The position numbers were made by a program, and so were the translations under genes. This document shows positions 1 through 9,550 of a stretch of DNA of 64,000 nucleotides, in pieces. Position 1 is the first letter of the stretch, and the number at the start of each line of letters is the position of its first letter. The notes under the pieces were generated by a model, which was not told the DNA's origin, ran no database searches, and saw nothing but the letters and a program-made list of their open reading frames with translations. The stretch spans positions 22,465 to 86,464 of the forward strand of contig JAQGPJ010000034.1 in assembly GCA_028293125.1 (NCBI GenBank). Direction: 5' to 3'. Source of the stretch: Verrucomicrobiales bacterium (lineage in GTDB: Bacteria > Verrucomicrobiota > Verrucomicrobiia > Verrucomicrobiales > V1-33).

Positions 1-1386
1 TTTATTTCCCGCATGGAACTGTTCTCCCACTCCAAAGGGCGCACCCCATGGGTGGGCTGGTTCAATCCCGCGGCGGAGGCCTGCGCCCTGGCCGGTGCCG
101 GTTCCCATCCGTCCCCCCCGGATGAACCTGATGCCACGACGGCGGCGCTGGCGCGGGATTTGGATATTATTCCGGCCTTCAGCCTGCATTCGGAAGACGT
201 GGTGCTGGTCCACCGGAAGCCGGACGAAAGCCACCTGCGCCGGCTGCGGGAAGCCGGTTTTCCATTGCCTCAATGGGAGGTGCTGGACACCAGAGGACGG
301 ATTGCCGCGAGTTCCCCGCTGCGCACCCGCCGGCTCGGCCGTCTGAGGCCGTGGGGGTGGTCTGCGGACTCCGCCGCTCTGCTGGCGGATCTGCTGCCGA
401 ACGCGGGGGAGACGGCTTTTGCCAGTATTCCATGGGATGGGGAAATCCGGGCCCTGTATGCCAAAACCACCGCTGTCCAAGCCGCCACGGAACTGGCGGA
501 GGCCCACGGCTTCCCTGCGGAAACTTTTGGAGTGTGCGCGTCCTCCGTGGAGGAAACCGCAGCCGCGCTGGAGAAACTGGCCGCCGCCGGTTATGCCCGC
601 GCCTGTCTGAAGGCTCCTTTCGGCATCGCCGGACGCGGCGTGGTGCAGGTTGCCGCCTCCGGTCTGACGGAGCGCGGTCTGACATGGCTGCGTCCGGTGC
701 TGGCCACCCAGCAGGCGGTGGTGGTGGAACCGTGGCTGGACCGGGTGGCGGATTTCTCCAGCCAGTATGAGCTGACCCCCGGTGAACCGCCCCGCCTGAA
801 AGGCCAGGTGCGGCTGCTCAATGACGCGGGAGGCCGCTTTCTGGGCTGCCGGGCCGGGGCCTCGTTCGGACGGCTGATGCCGGGGGAAACCGTGCGCGAA
901 ATGCAGAGACTGGACATGGAGACACTTTATCGGGATCACCTTCCGGCCCTGCTTCTCAGGCTGCCTGGCTTTCCGCGGCTTTATGGTTCCCTGGGGATCG
1001 ATGCTTTTTTTTACCGGCATCCTCTGGATGGCGGAATCAGACTGCGGCCCCTTGTGGAGATCAATCCCCGCACCACCATGGGGCGGGTGACCCTGGACCT
1101 CAGACGTTTTGCCGCTCCGTCGAAAGTGGTCAGTCTCCGCATTCTCCACCGCCGCGCCTTGAAGGGGGCGGGCTTTTCCTCCCTGGCGGAACAGGCGGAG
1201 GCGCTCACCGCCGCCGATCCGCCGGTCCTGACCGGCACCTCCTCCGGTCCGCGTCTGACCAGCGGCACCCTGCCGCTGAACGATCCGCGGCGCGCGGAGT
1301 CCTTTCTGGCCCTGCTGACTGTTCACGGCACGCCGCCACCGGTGACGGAGGGCGCATGGCGCGCGACGCCGAAGGATCGGGAATAA
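1..1386 (+). CDS. ATP-grasp-fold protein, 5' end probably outside the window (likely C-terminal part of a DUF455/ferritin-like fusion)
   Basis: Frame is open from base 1 (FISRMELFSHSKGRTP). ATP-grasp motifs: LKAPFGIAGRG, VVVEPWLDRVADFS, GIDAFFY, VEINPRTTMG. The DUF455 fusion is recalled from PVC homologues and is not visible here. Confidence 0.6.
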   Translation, partial: FISRMELFSHSKGRTPWVGWFNPAAEACALAGAGSHPSPPDEPDATTAALARDLDIIPAFSLHSEDVVLVHRKPDESHLRRLREAGFPLPQWEVLDTRGRIAASSPLRTRRLGRLRPWGWSADSAALLADLLPNAGETAFASIPWDGEIRALYAKTTAVQAATELAEAHGFPAETFGVCASSVEETAAALEKLAAAGYARACLKAPFGIAGRGVVQVAASGLTERGLTWLRPVLATQQAVVVEPWLDRVADFSSQYELTPGEPPRLKGQVRLLNDAGGRFLGCRAGASFGRLMPGETVREMQRLDMETLYRDHLPALLLRLPGFPRLYGSLGIDAFFYRHPLDGGIRLRPLVEINPRTTMGRVTLDLRRFAAPSKVVSLRILHRRALKGAGFSSLAEQAEALTAADPPVLTGTSSGPRLTSGTLPLNDPRRAESFLALLTVHGTPPPVTEGAWRATPKDRE

Positions 1387-1460
1387 ATCATTGCGCCGCG
1401 CCTTGGCGACCCCACAGTGAAAGGGAACCGCACTGTTTCCCCTCCGTCCACCACCGCATC

Positions 1461-2198
1461 ATGCAGGACAAAAGCACCCGATTCACCTTGGCAGCCACCG
1501 GCATCCTGCTGGCGGCCCTGATGATCCTTGGCTGGGCACTCAGCCGCTCCGCCGCCGCCAAACGCGGAAACTCCGCCTCCCAGGCTCCCGCCTCCCAGAC
1601 CGCAGTGCCGGCTGAGCCTCTGCCGCCCCCTGCGGTTTCCCTCAAGGAGCAGGCCCCCTCCATCCCGCTGGATGCCAGAGGCAAACCCATTGCCCAGTAC
1701 CAGGTGATCACCAGCACCGGACTGGTGGAGGACTCCGCCAATGACGGCGACACGTTTCTCATCAGAACTCCGGATGGTCCCAAACGCTTCTCGCTTTATT
1801 ACGCCGATGCGGTCGAGCCCGACGGCGGCCAGCCGGAAAGCGCCCGCGAAATAGCGGAGAACTTTGGATTCGAGAGCGAGGAGCCGCTGCGCACCCTGGG
1901 TGTGGAGGCGCGGGATTTCAGCCTGCGCCTGCTGAGAAGCACGCCCTTCCGTGTGGTGACCCGCTGGGAGGAAGCTCCCGAGCCCAATTCCTTTTACGCC
2001 TTCATCTTTCTCAAGGATCCTGATCAGGGGCTTATCGATCTCTCCCAATGGCTGGTGCGCTATGGCCTGGGCATGATCCGCCCCTGCGGCCGGGACTGCC
2101 CGGACGGCACCTCCGCGGCTGACTATCTGGAGCGCCTCCGCGCGGAGGAGGCCCGGAGCCAGCAGGAGTCCCACGGCGCATGGAGCCGTAAACCCTGA
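1461..2198 (+). CDS. Membrane-anchored thermonuclease (SNase)-like protein
   Basis: N-terminal TM helix, Pro/Ala linker, NDGDTF, LYYADAVE, DLSQWLVRYGLG, EEARSQQESHGAW (SNase C-terminal pattern). Start taken at ATG 1461. Confidence 0.7.
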   Translation: MQDKSTRFTLAATGILLAALMILGWALSRSAAAKRGNSASQAPASQTAVPAEPLPPPAVSLKEQAPSIPLDARGKPIAQYQVITSTGLVEDSANDGDTFLIRTPDGPKRFSLYYADAVEPDGGQPESAREIAENFGFESEEPLRTLGVEARDFSLRLLRSTPFRVVTRWEEAPEPNSFYAFIFLKDPDQGLIDLSQWLVRYGLGMIRPCGRDCPDGTSAADYLERLRAEEARSQQESHGAWSRKP

Positions 2199-2292
2199 TG
2201 GGGGACCGGTGGCCGCCACCTTCGACCCGTGACGTTGTCCAGTTGCCCGATGGCGGCTTTGAGCTAAAATTTACAAACCCAGATTTTCCGCC

Positions 2293-2688
2293 ATGAACGC
2301 CGTAACCACCGGGAGCAAGATTCAAACCGTCATTATTATTGTCCTTTCCTGCTGTTTGGCGCTCACTCTGCTGATCAAACAGAAAAACAAACGGGAGCCT
2401 CTGCCTCCGGAGCCCGCAGTGACAACCGAACAGAAACCCAACGCCGGCAAAGAGAGACTTCCCAAAATGGTCACTTCGGATTTTTCCGGCACGGGACTGT
2501 CCGACGATGCCTGGAAGCTGGACAGCAGCAGCCATCAGGCCGCGCCTGCGGCATCATCCAGTGACAGTCCGGTGAGTCTGGAAATGCCCGCCACCCTGCC
2601 TGCTCTGGATGCTCCTCCGGAAACCAGCTCCAAACCCGGCTCCGGCGCTTCCCCCCGCTACCAGTCGCTCCTGACCAATCCCGAATAA
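2293..2688 (+). CDS. Hypothetical single-TM protein with disordered tail
   Basis: Hydrophobic N-terminal helix followed by KQKNKR and a Ser/Pro-rich tail; fills the intergenic gap. Confidence 0.55.
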   Translation: MNAVTTGSKIQTVIIIVLSCCLALTLLIKQKNKREPLPPEPAVTTEQKPNAGKERLPKMVTSDFSGTGLSDDAWKLDSSSHQAAPAASSSDSPVSLEMPATLPALDAPPETSSKPGSGASPRYQSLLTNPE

Positions 2689-2768
2689 AGACACCGGGTC
2701 CGGCGCCCCCGTCCGCCCGCTCCGCGGCTTCGTGATTTTTTCAAATCCGATGCGGGAAACCGCCCTCC

Positions 2769-4256
2769 TCACGCCAGACCGCGTGACGGATGCTCCATAA
2801 TGTCCATGATGGGATGGCCGTGGACATCGGTCAGGCGGCGCTCGACGCCATTGTGATAAAAGCTGAGGCGCTCGTGGTCCAGACCGAGAAGGTGCAGGAC
2901 GGTGGCGTGGAAATCGTAAACCGTGACCGGATTCACCTCCGCCTTGTAGCCGAACTCATCGGTGGCCCCGTAGCTGTATCCGGCTTTGACGCCGGCTCCG
3001 GCCATCCAGGCGGTGAAGCCTTCGGGATTGTGGTCGCGGCCGCTGGCCCCTTTCTGGAAGGTGGGCATGCGGCCGAACTCGGTGCACCAGATCACGAGAG
3101 TGTCCTCCAGCAATCCGCGCTGTTTGAGGTCCGCCAGCAGGGCGGCGGTCGGCTGGTCCATCACCTCGCCGTGTTTGGCGTACTGCTCGGCCAGGACCTT
3201 GTGCCCGTCCCAGTTGCTGACGCCCTCCCCGCCGGTCTGATAGGCCCCGTTGAACAGCTGCACGAAGCGCACGCCCTTCTCCACCAGCCGGCGCGCGAGA
3301 ATGCAGTTGCGCGCATAGGCCGCCTTGAGGTCCTTGACCGGATTGCCCCCTTGGTCGGCCCCGTACATTTTGAGGATGTGGGCGGGCTCGTTGGTGAGGT
3401 CGGACACCTCCGGCACGGAAAGCTGCATGCGGGCGGCCAGCTCATAGCTGGAGATACGGGCGGCCAGTTCGCTGTCACCCGGGAAGCGCTCCAGATGATG
3501 GCGGTTGAGGGAGGACAGAAATCGGCGTGTGGCTTTGTCCGAGTCCGGCGTGATACCCGCCGGCCGCGCCAGGTTGCGCACCGGCTGGGAGGCATTGAAA
3601 TCCGTGCCTTGGAACGAGGCCGGCAGGAAACCGGAGCCCCAGAAATTCCCGGCGGACTGCGGGGCTCCGCGGGGGTCGGGAATGGCCACATAGGCGGGCA
3701 GGGTTTCGTTCTCGGTGCCGAGGGCGTAGGTGGTCCACGCTCCCATGCTGGGGAATCCATCCAGCGTGAAGCCGGTGCCCATGAAGTTCTCGCCGGGGCC
3801 ATGGGTATTGGTTTTTCCAGTGAGCGAGTGGATGAAGCACATCTCGTCCGCCAGCGCGCCCAGATGCGGCACCAGATCGGACACCATCTTGCCCGACTGC
3901 CCCCGGGGGTGGAAGGCCCATGGGCTCTGATTCAAATTGCCCTGCTCGCCTTGGAAAGTGACCAGATTCGCCCCGCCCGGCATGGGCTGGCCGTGGCGGC
4001 GGATGAGCTCGGGCTTGTACTCGAACGTGTCCACCTGGCTGACCGCGCCGGAGCAGAAGATCATCAGCACCTTTTTGGCTTTGGGCGTGAAGTGGGAACG
4101 CCGCGTGCCGTTGGGATCGGCGGGATTGATCACCGGACGGATGGGAACGCCGTTGGCCAGCAGGTTCCCCCGGCTCAGGAGGTGGGTGAGGGCAATGCCG
4201 CCCAGACCGGTGGCGGTGTCACGGAGAAAATGGCGTCGGCTGAGCAGCGGATGCAT
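2769..4256 (-). CDS. DUF1501 family (sulfatase-like) Tat-exported protein
   Basis: Tat motif [64 protein letters not shown]. Confidence 0.92.
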   Translation of the reverse strand: MHPLLSRRHFLRDTATGLGGIALTHLLSRGNLLANGVPIRPVINPADPNGTRRSHFTPKAKKVLMIFCSGAVSQVDTFEYKPELIRRHGQPMPGGANLVTFQGEQGNLNQSPWAFHPRGQSGKMVSDLVPHLGALADEMCFIHSLTGKTNTHGPGENFMGTGFTLDGFPSMGAWTTYALGTENETLPAYVAIPDPRGAPQSAGNFWGSGFLPASFQGTDFNASQPVRNLARPAGITPDSDKATRRFLSSLNRHHLERFPGDSELAARISSYELAARMQLSVPEVSDLTNEPAHILKMYGADQGGNPVKDLKAAYARNCILARRLVEKGVRFVQLFNGAYQTGGEGVSNWDGHKVLAEQYAKHGEVMDQPTAALLADLKQRGLLEDTLVIWCTEFGRMPTFQKGASGRDHNPEGFTAWMAGAGVKAGYSYGATDEFGYKAEVNPVTVYDFHATVLHLLGLDHERLSFYHNGVERRLTDVHGHPIMDIMEHPSRGLA

Positions 4257-4352
4257 GGGGGAAAAGTCCGGAAAATGGGGTGGAAAAATGGGGTGCCGGC
4301 CGTCGCATGCGCTGCGGAGCGGATGGCGGCGGGCATGAAAGGGAAAAACCAG

Positions 4353-6986
4353 TCAGAAAACGAAGAGGAACTCGCTGGTGTTGAAGAGGGCGCGGCAGAA
4401 GGCGGGGAGTCCCCCGCTTTCGATGAAGGCGGTGGAGGCCGATTTTTCAAACCCGTCCGGAGCCCGCCCCCAGAGCAGACGGTAGGCGAGCTCCGCCTGA
4501 TCGCCGGGCCGGGAGCCGGCCTCAGTTGTCAGGCGGCCGGCGAAGAGATCCGCCTGCTGAAGCACAAAGCGGCTGTTGAAGAGATTGAGCGCCTGCAAGG
4601 GGGTATTGGAGCGGCTGCGGCGCGGCATGACCAAGCTGCCATCCGGACAGTCCAAGGAACGGAACACGCCGTCATTGGTCTGCCGGATGCGGGTCTGATA
4701 GACCATGCGGCGGAATTCGGAGGGGCTGAATTTCTCCTTGGGGAAATAGTGCATCACGTTCTCATTCTCCACCTCCACCAGATAGAACCCCGGTCCCCCG
4801 GCCTCCTGATTGAGGGTGCCGGAAACGGTCAGCATGCTGTCCCGGATGGCCTCCGCCTCCAGGCGGCGGGGTGGAAAGCGCCAGAGCAGCCGGGCATCGG
4901 CATCTGTCTTCAGCGCCTCCGCACGCGGGGCGGAGGACTGGCGGAAGGCGGCGGAGCGCAGGATGAGGCGCTGCATGTGCTTCACCGACCAGCCGCTTTT
5001 CATGAACTCGTCCGCCATCCAGTCCAGCAGTTCCGGATGGGTGGGGCGCGAGCCGTTGACCCCCAAGTCACTGGGGGTGTCCACGATGCCGCAGCCAAAG
5101 ATGTAATGCCAGATCCGGTTGACCTGCACGCGGGCGGTCAGCGGGTTGTCGGCGGAGGCCATCCAGTCCCCCAGCCGCAGACGGCGCTGCTGCTCGGGGG
5201 TGTCCACGTCCATCCCGGGACCGTTCAGCACGGTCAGGGCTCCCGGAGCCACCACCTCCTTTTTCTGAAGCGGATCACCGCGGTGCAGCCGGAAGGTGGG
5301 ACCCGGCTGACTGAAGGTTCCAAGCCAGGCGGTGGATCCGCCCTCCAGTCCGGCCACGCGGGACCGGAGTTCCGCCACCTCGGCCTTCAACCGGCGGGCC
5401 TCATCCGCCTGCGGGCCGGAAAGCCGGCTGAGTACGCCGTCGGGATCGGCTTTTCCTCCAGCGAATGGCTGGCGGGTTTCCGAACTGGCGACCACGGTCC
5501 AGGCGGCGGCGGCGGCGGCGGCGGCGGGGGCGGAGGTTTCCGAGGTTTCCCTGGAGGAGATCACCGGACCGCCGGCGGGCGGTGCCATGACCTCAAAACG
5601 GTAGGCGGTGGGAAGGCGGTCAGGGAATTGCTCCGTGCGGTCGCGGCTCCACACGATGCGGTGGATGCGGACGGCGGACGGAAAGGAGATTTTCACCCAG
5701 CCGGAGCCCGAAGCGTTTGAAATCCAGCTGCGGTCATTGCCGGTGCGGCCATCGTTGATGTGCTCCTGTTTATGAGCCTCGTAGCCGGGGAGAGTGCCCG
5801 AAACCTCCGCCACGGCTCCGGCGGAGGCGAGGGCCACATTGTTGCCGGCCTCATCGTAAATCTCCACTTCATCCACGCAGGGCTCCGCGCCGGTGGAGGC
5901 GGTGATGGTGAAACGCACCGCAATGGCCGCAGCCGGCGCGAATTCCTCTACATTCATGCGGTGATTGACCGGAGGCCGCAGGGCGGATGCCCCCCCGCCG
6001 GTCAGAGCCGGAGCCGAGGCCATGGTCCGCAGCTCCTCCAGCCGGCCCTCGGTTCCGGCCAGCGTTTTCCGCAGTTCCGCCAGCATTGGCGCCTTGCCGG
6101 GATCCGGCCGGGGATGCCAGGGCCGCTCCCCGTGGGTCACTCCCGCAAACACCGCCTGCATGGCGAAATAATCCTTCTGCAGGATGGGATCGAACTTGTG
6201 GTTGTGGCAGCGGGCGCAGCCCATGGTCAGCCCCAGAAAGGCGGTGCCCGTGGTGTTCACCATGTCCGCCAGCTCGTCCTCCCGCTGGGCCAGCGAGAGA
6301 TTGATGTCGGGGCTTTTGACAATGTCATACGGCCCCGCCACCAGAAACCCCGTGGCGGCGTCCGCTCCCAGGGCATCGCCCGCCAGCTGCTCACGGACAA
6401 ACTGGTTCCACGGCTTGTCGCTGTTGAAGGCATCGATCACATAATCCCGGTAGGGCCAGGCGGTTTTGCGCTCGCGGTTGGTCTCAAAACCGTTGGAGTC
6501 GGCGTAGCGCACCACATCCAGCCAGTGGCGCGCCCAGCGCTCGCCATAATGCGGGCTGGCCAGCACTTCATCCACCAACCGCTCCCAGGCGTCCGGGCGG
6601 GTGTCGGCCGCAAAAGCCTCCACCTGCTCGGGCGACGGCGGCAGACCGTGCATGACCAGATACAGCCGCCGGATCAGGGTGCGGCGGTCCGCGGGGCCGG
6701 AAGGCTCCAGGTGCTGCTCCTGGAGTTTCGCGGCCAGAAACTCATCAATTTCCCCCTGCGCCCAGGCCTTCCCGGTCTGGGGAGCCTCCGGACGCCTGAC
6801 CGGCTGATAGGACCAGTGGCTGGTAGTGATCTTTTCACCGTTCCCCGCCGGTGCCTTCCCCTCCGCGCCGGGGGCCGGCACTGTTCCGGCGGTGGCCGCC
6901 ACCAGGCCCAGCACCAAACCCGCGATCGCGGTGGCGCGGCGGGGACCGGTGGAGGAGTGATCGGTTTTCCAGGAACAGCTCATCAT
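4353..6986 (-). CDS. DUF1549/DUF1553 (PSD1, planctomycete cytochrome c-like) protein with inserted discoidin-like domain
   Basis: HWSYQP, YGERWARHWLDVVRYADSNG, CARCHNHKFDPI heme motif, NPLTARVQVNRIW, PTHPELLDW, RRLEAEAIRD, TPLQALNLFN. Confidence 0.92.
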   Translation of the reverse strand: MMSCSWKTDHSSTGPRRATAIAGLVLGLVAATAGTVPAPGAEGKAPAGNGEKITTSHWSYQPVRRPEAPQTGKAWAQGEIDEFLAAKLQEQHLEPSGPADRRTLIRRLYLVMHGLPPSPEQVEAFAADTRPDAWERLVDEVLASPHYGERWARHWLDVVRYADSNGFETNRERKTAWPYRDYVIDAFNSDKPWNQFVREQLAGDALGADAATGFLVAGPYDIVKSPDINLSLAQREDELADMVNTTGTAFLGLTMGCARCHNHKFDPILQKDYFAMQAVFAGVTHGERPWHPRPDPGKAPMLAELRKTLAGTEGRLEELRTMASAPALTGGGASALRPPVNHRMNVEEFAPAAAIAVRFTITASTGAEPCVDEVEIYDEAGNNVALASAGAVAEVSGTLPGYEAHKQEHINDGRTGNDRSWISNASGSGWVKISFPSAVRIHRIVWSRDRTEQFPDRLPTAYRFEVMAPPAGGPVISSRETSETSAPAAAAAAAAWTVVASSETRQPFAGGKADPDGVLSRLSGPQADEARRLKAEVAELRSRVAGLEGGSTAWLGTFSQPGPTFRLHRGDPLQKKEVVAPGALTVLNGPGMDVDTPEQQRRLRLGDWMASADNPLTARVQVNRIWHYIFGCGIVDTPSDLGVNGSRPTHPELLDWMADEFMKSGWSVKHMQRLILRSAAFRQSSAPRAEALKTDADARLLWRFPPRRLEAEAIRDSMLTVSGTLNQEAGGPGFYLVEVENENVMHYFPKEKFSPSEFRRMVYQTRIRQTNDGVFRSLDCPDGSLVMPRRSRSNTPLQALNLFNSRFVLQQADLFAGRLTTEAGSRPGDQAELAYRLLWGRAPDGFEKSASTAFIESGGLPAFCRALFNTSEFLFVF
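5502..5525. repeat. (GGC)8 trinucleotide run encoding poly-Ala in a loop of the DUF1553 protein
   Basis: ggcggcggcggcggcggcggcggc read directly. Confidence 0.85.
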
Positions 6987-7024
6987 GATGGGATTAGATT
7001 ACGGCCTGCGGGCCCTTTAAACAA

Positions 7025-7040
7025 TTCCCCGATCGGGGGA
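7025..7040 (-). promoter_or_regulatory. Palindromic regulator site 1 (TCCCCCGATCGGGGAA on - strand) abutting the -35 of the DUF1553/DUF1501 promoter
   Basis: Followed directly on the - strand by TTGTTT (7024-7019), a 17-nt spacer, TAATCT (7001-6996), then ATG at 6986. Confidence 0.7.
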
Positions 7041-7150
7041 GGGACTCCCTGCGTCCCCCGAGCGGCCGGCACCGGGTTTTGAAGGCGGGAGGGATAAAAT
7101 CACAAGCCACCGGACCGTGGGGACGGCTGCCGGCGGCGGCTTGGAATGGG

Positions 7151-8173
7151 TCAGGCATCAATGCGGACCGCGCGGTAATAACGCTTGGTCTTTCCCGCCT
7201 TAGAGTAGACCCGGCTGATTTTCACACCCTTGCCGCGCACGTTTTCCTCCACCGGCACCCAAGCGGTCATATCCTCGGATTCCTGAATGGTGTAGGTTTT
7301 GCCATTGGCCGCGTAGAAGCTGAACTCCACCGCGGTCTCGATGACGGCGTTGCCCTCCGGGGTGCTGGCGGGATTCCCGGGATCAAATCCCAGCGCGGTC
7401 TCCACGGTGTCGTCGAATCCGTCGCCATCCTTGTCCAGGGTCACTGTAGCGGGACCGTAGAGTTCGATTTCATCAATATCCGTCCCCTCGCCTATCCCCG
7501 TGGCGGGAACCAGAATCCGCAGGGCGGTGGCCTGCACTCCGGTGCTGCCCGCCCCTTGGGTGATGGCGAACTGATGCCGGTAAAACGCGGTGAACAGTTC
7601 ACCGGGCACGGTGTCATCATTGGCCGCGTAGTCCAGCGTGCCGACCGTCTGCCAGCCGGTGGCCGCATCACCGGTGTCGGGCGTGGTGCCATCGGGAAAG
7701 GAGACGCGGGTGATCTGCACCGTGTAAATGCCAAGACAGCGGTCCGTGAGCTGCCCCAGAAAAACCTCCTGCGGATCTGTGACGTTATTGCCATTGTCCC
7801 GGCCGATGGCGAACGAGGACAGAGTGGTGAGCCCCCCGAGTGAAATGCCCGCAAAGGCATTCGGCGCATTCCCGCCGATCCAGCTGTTGGAGTTGCCGTA
7901 GAGCCCGTCGTTCAGGTTGGCAGCGACATGAAAGGGAATGTTCAGCAGCGGGCCGAGATCACTGGAGGTGAAAGCGGCGGCTCCGGCGGCGGTCGCCAGA
8001 TTGGTGGGCACCGGGGCGGTCTCCTCCTCCGAAAAATGATCAGCTTCATTGCCGTCCCAAGTGAGAGTGAACCCCTCTGAAGCAGTGATCCGCATGTCCG
8101 CCCGCGCGGTGAGCGCGGCCAGAGGCAGAAACGGGATACCAATTAAAAAACCAAGGCGGGAGAGTGTTTTCAT
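7151..8173 (-). CDS. Secreted discoidin/F5-8C-like protein with conserved C-terminal tail domain
   Basis: Signal peptide (MKTLSR...TARA), NLA...NLNDGLYGNSNSWI...ATALRILV...IDEIELYG, then DKDGDGFDDTVETALGFDP tail. Confidence 0.75.
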   Translation of the reverse strand: MKTLSRLGFLIGIPFLPLAALTARADMRITASEGFTLTWDGNEADHFSEEETAPVPTNLATAAGAAAFTSSDLGPLLNIPFHVAANLNDGLYGNSNSWIGGNAPNAFAGISLGGLTTLSSFAIGRDNGNNVTDPQEVFLGQLTDRCLGIYTVQITRVSFPDGTTPDTGDAATGWQTVGTLDYAANDDTVPGELFTAFYRHQFAITQGAGSTGVQATALRILVPATGIGEGTDIDEIELYGPATVTLDKDGDGFDDTVETALGFDPGNPASTPEGNAVIETAVEFSFYAANGKTYTIQESEDMTAWVPVEENVRGKGVKISRVYSKAGKTKRYYRAVRIDA

Positions 8174-8289
8174 AGGCTGCAGGAATAAATGGAGATAAGC
8201 GGTGGGGCGCGGTCTTCCCTGCCCCGGAACCACCGGAGCAGGGAACGCCCTGCGGATGCAGACTGCCAAATGTCCTTATTGTCCTGCCA

Positions 8290-8305
8290 TCCCCCGTACG
8301 GGGGA
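8290..8305. promoter_or_regulatory. Palindromic regulator site 2 (TCCCCCGTACGGGGGA)
   Basis: Perfect palindrome (18 bp including flanks, 8289-8306) in the intergenic region upstream of the 8173 start. Confidence 0.7.
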
Positions 8306-8332
8306 TTTCATTAAAATGACATTTATCAGTTT

Positions 8333-9361
8333 TTACTCCGCCTGACGCACGGAGCGGTAGAAAAGTTTTGTCTGACCGCGCTTGGAGTACAGCCGGGTGA
8401 TTTCCCCGCCCAGACCGGGAATATTCATCTCGACCGCATTCCAGTTCTGAAGATCGCTGGAGGACTCAATGGTGTATTTTTTGTTCTTGGCGGCGTAAAA
8501 GCTGAATTCGACGGCGGTCTCGATGCCGCTGCGCGACTCCGGGGTGCTGGCAGGGCTTCGGGGGTCGAAGCCCAGTGCGGTCTCCACGGTGTCGTCAAAT
8601 CCATCGCGGTCAGAATCCGGATTCAGCGTGGACAGCAGGGTGTCGTCGATGGCGAAGGTATCCGTGAATTCAAAAACCCGCACGGTTTCGATAAGCCCGT
8701 TGAAGCCGCGGTTGTTGCCGGGCCCGACATTGCCGGCCCCGATGCGGATGCCGGGCGCGGGATCGTAATCGGGGGAGTTGGTGCTGGTGGCCAACAGGCC
8801 ATCCACATAAAGCTCCCATTTGCCGTTTTTGTGGACGGCGGCCACGTGCTGAAGCTGGCCGGTGCGCACCGGAGCGGCGGCGGCGCTGATCGCCACATTC
8901 GACTGATGGATGGCCCAGGCGCCGTTGCCGAAAGTCTGGAGCAGAATACCGTTGGTGCCGCCACCCAGTTCCACCACTGCCAGCTCCTGATTCGGATTCG
9001 GAGTGACGTCGATGCGGACAATGGCCTCCACACCCCACTTGGCGATATCGGTGGGATTCACATCCGCCTCCGCACCCTCGAAATACTCTGTGGCGGAAAC
9101 ATTATGGGCACTGTCCGTATTGGCGAAAAGCACCCCCAGAACGCTGCCTGTTGCGGCATAAACCGGGGAGCCGGCCACTGTCAGGTCCAGTTCGCCGGTC
9201 GTGTCCACCAGCGTCTCCGCCGCCGGGGAGCCGGCGGTGCCCTTCTCCTCTTCCCCCATCGTCCAGGTGTGCAGCACGGTGATATCCGCTTTCAGCAGTG
9301 CCGGAATGCCGGCCATGAGCATGCTCAGGAGAGCGGTGGGGAGAGGATGACTTGGTTTCAT
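8333..9361 (-). CDS. Secreted LamG/concanavalin-like jelly-roll protein with conserved C-terminal tail domain
   Basis: Signal peptide, WGVEAIVR, QHVAAVHKNGKWELYVDG, IRIGAG, FNGLIETVRVF, then DSDRDGFDDTVETALGFDP tail. Confidence 0.8.
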   Translation of the reverse strand: MKPSHPLPTALLSMLMAGIPALLKADITVLHTWTMGEEEKGTAGSPAAETLVDTTGELDLTVAGSPVYAATGSVLGVLFANTDSAHNVSATEYFEGAEADVNPTDIAKWGVEAIVRIDVTPNPNQELAVVELGGGTNGILLQTFGNGAWAIHQSNVAISAAAAPVRTGQLQHVAAVHKNGKWELYVDGLLATSTNSPDYDPAPGIRIGAGNVGPGNNRGFNGLIETVRVFEFTDTFAIDDTLLSTLNPDSDRDGFDDTVETALGFDPRSPASTPESRSGIETAVEFSFYAAKNKKYTIESSSDLQNWNAVEMNIPGLGGEITRLYSKRGQTKLFYRSVRQAE

Positions 9362-9490
9362 AGCGATTTTACTGGCAGGGGGAGGAATGCTGGGATTTAA
9401 GAAAGCCGAATGCGTCACAGCCGCGTGTCAGGCAGGAAAAGTCCGGTGCCAGACAGGGCGCATCGTGATTCATGAAGCGTTTGGTGAATA

Positions 9491-9506
9491 TACCCCGTTC
9501 GGGGGA
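9491..9506 (-). promoter_or_regulatory. Palindromic regulator site 3 (TCCCCCGAACGGGGTA on - strand)
   Basis: In the divergent intergenic region; on the - strand followed by TATTCA, a 17-nt spacer and CACGAT. Confidence 0.65.
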
Positions 9507-9550
9507 GAGACTTAATCATCCATCCGGCAAATTGTTTCACCTTAGCCTGC

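Noticed and set aside
2790-5720. 976-aa plus-strand ORF
   Set aside because: Antisense shadow of the DUF1501 and DUF1553 genes; typical of high-GC codon bias, with no domain motifs.
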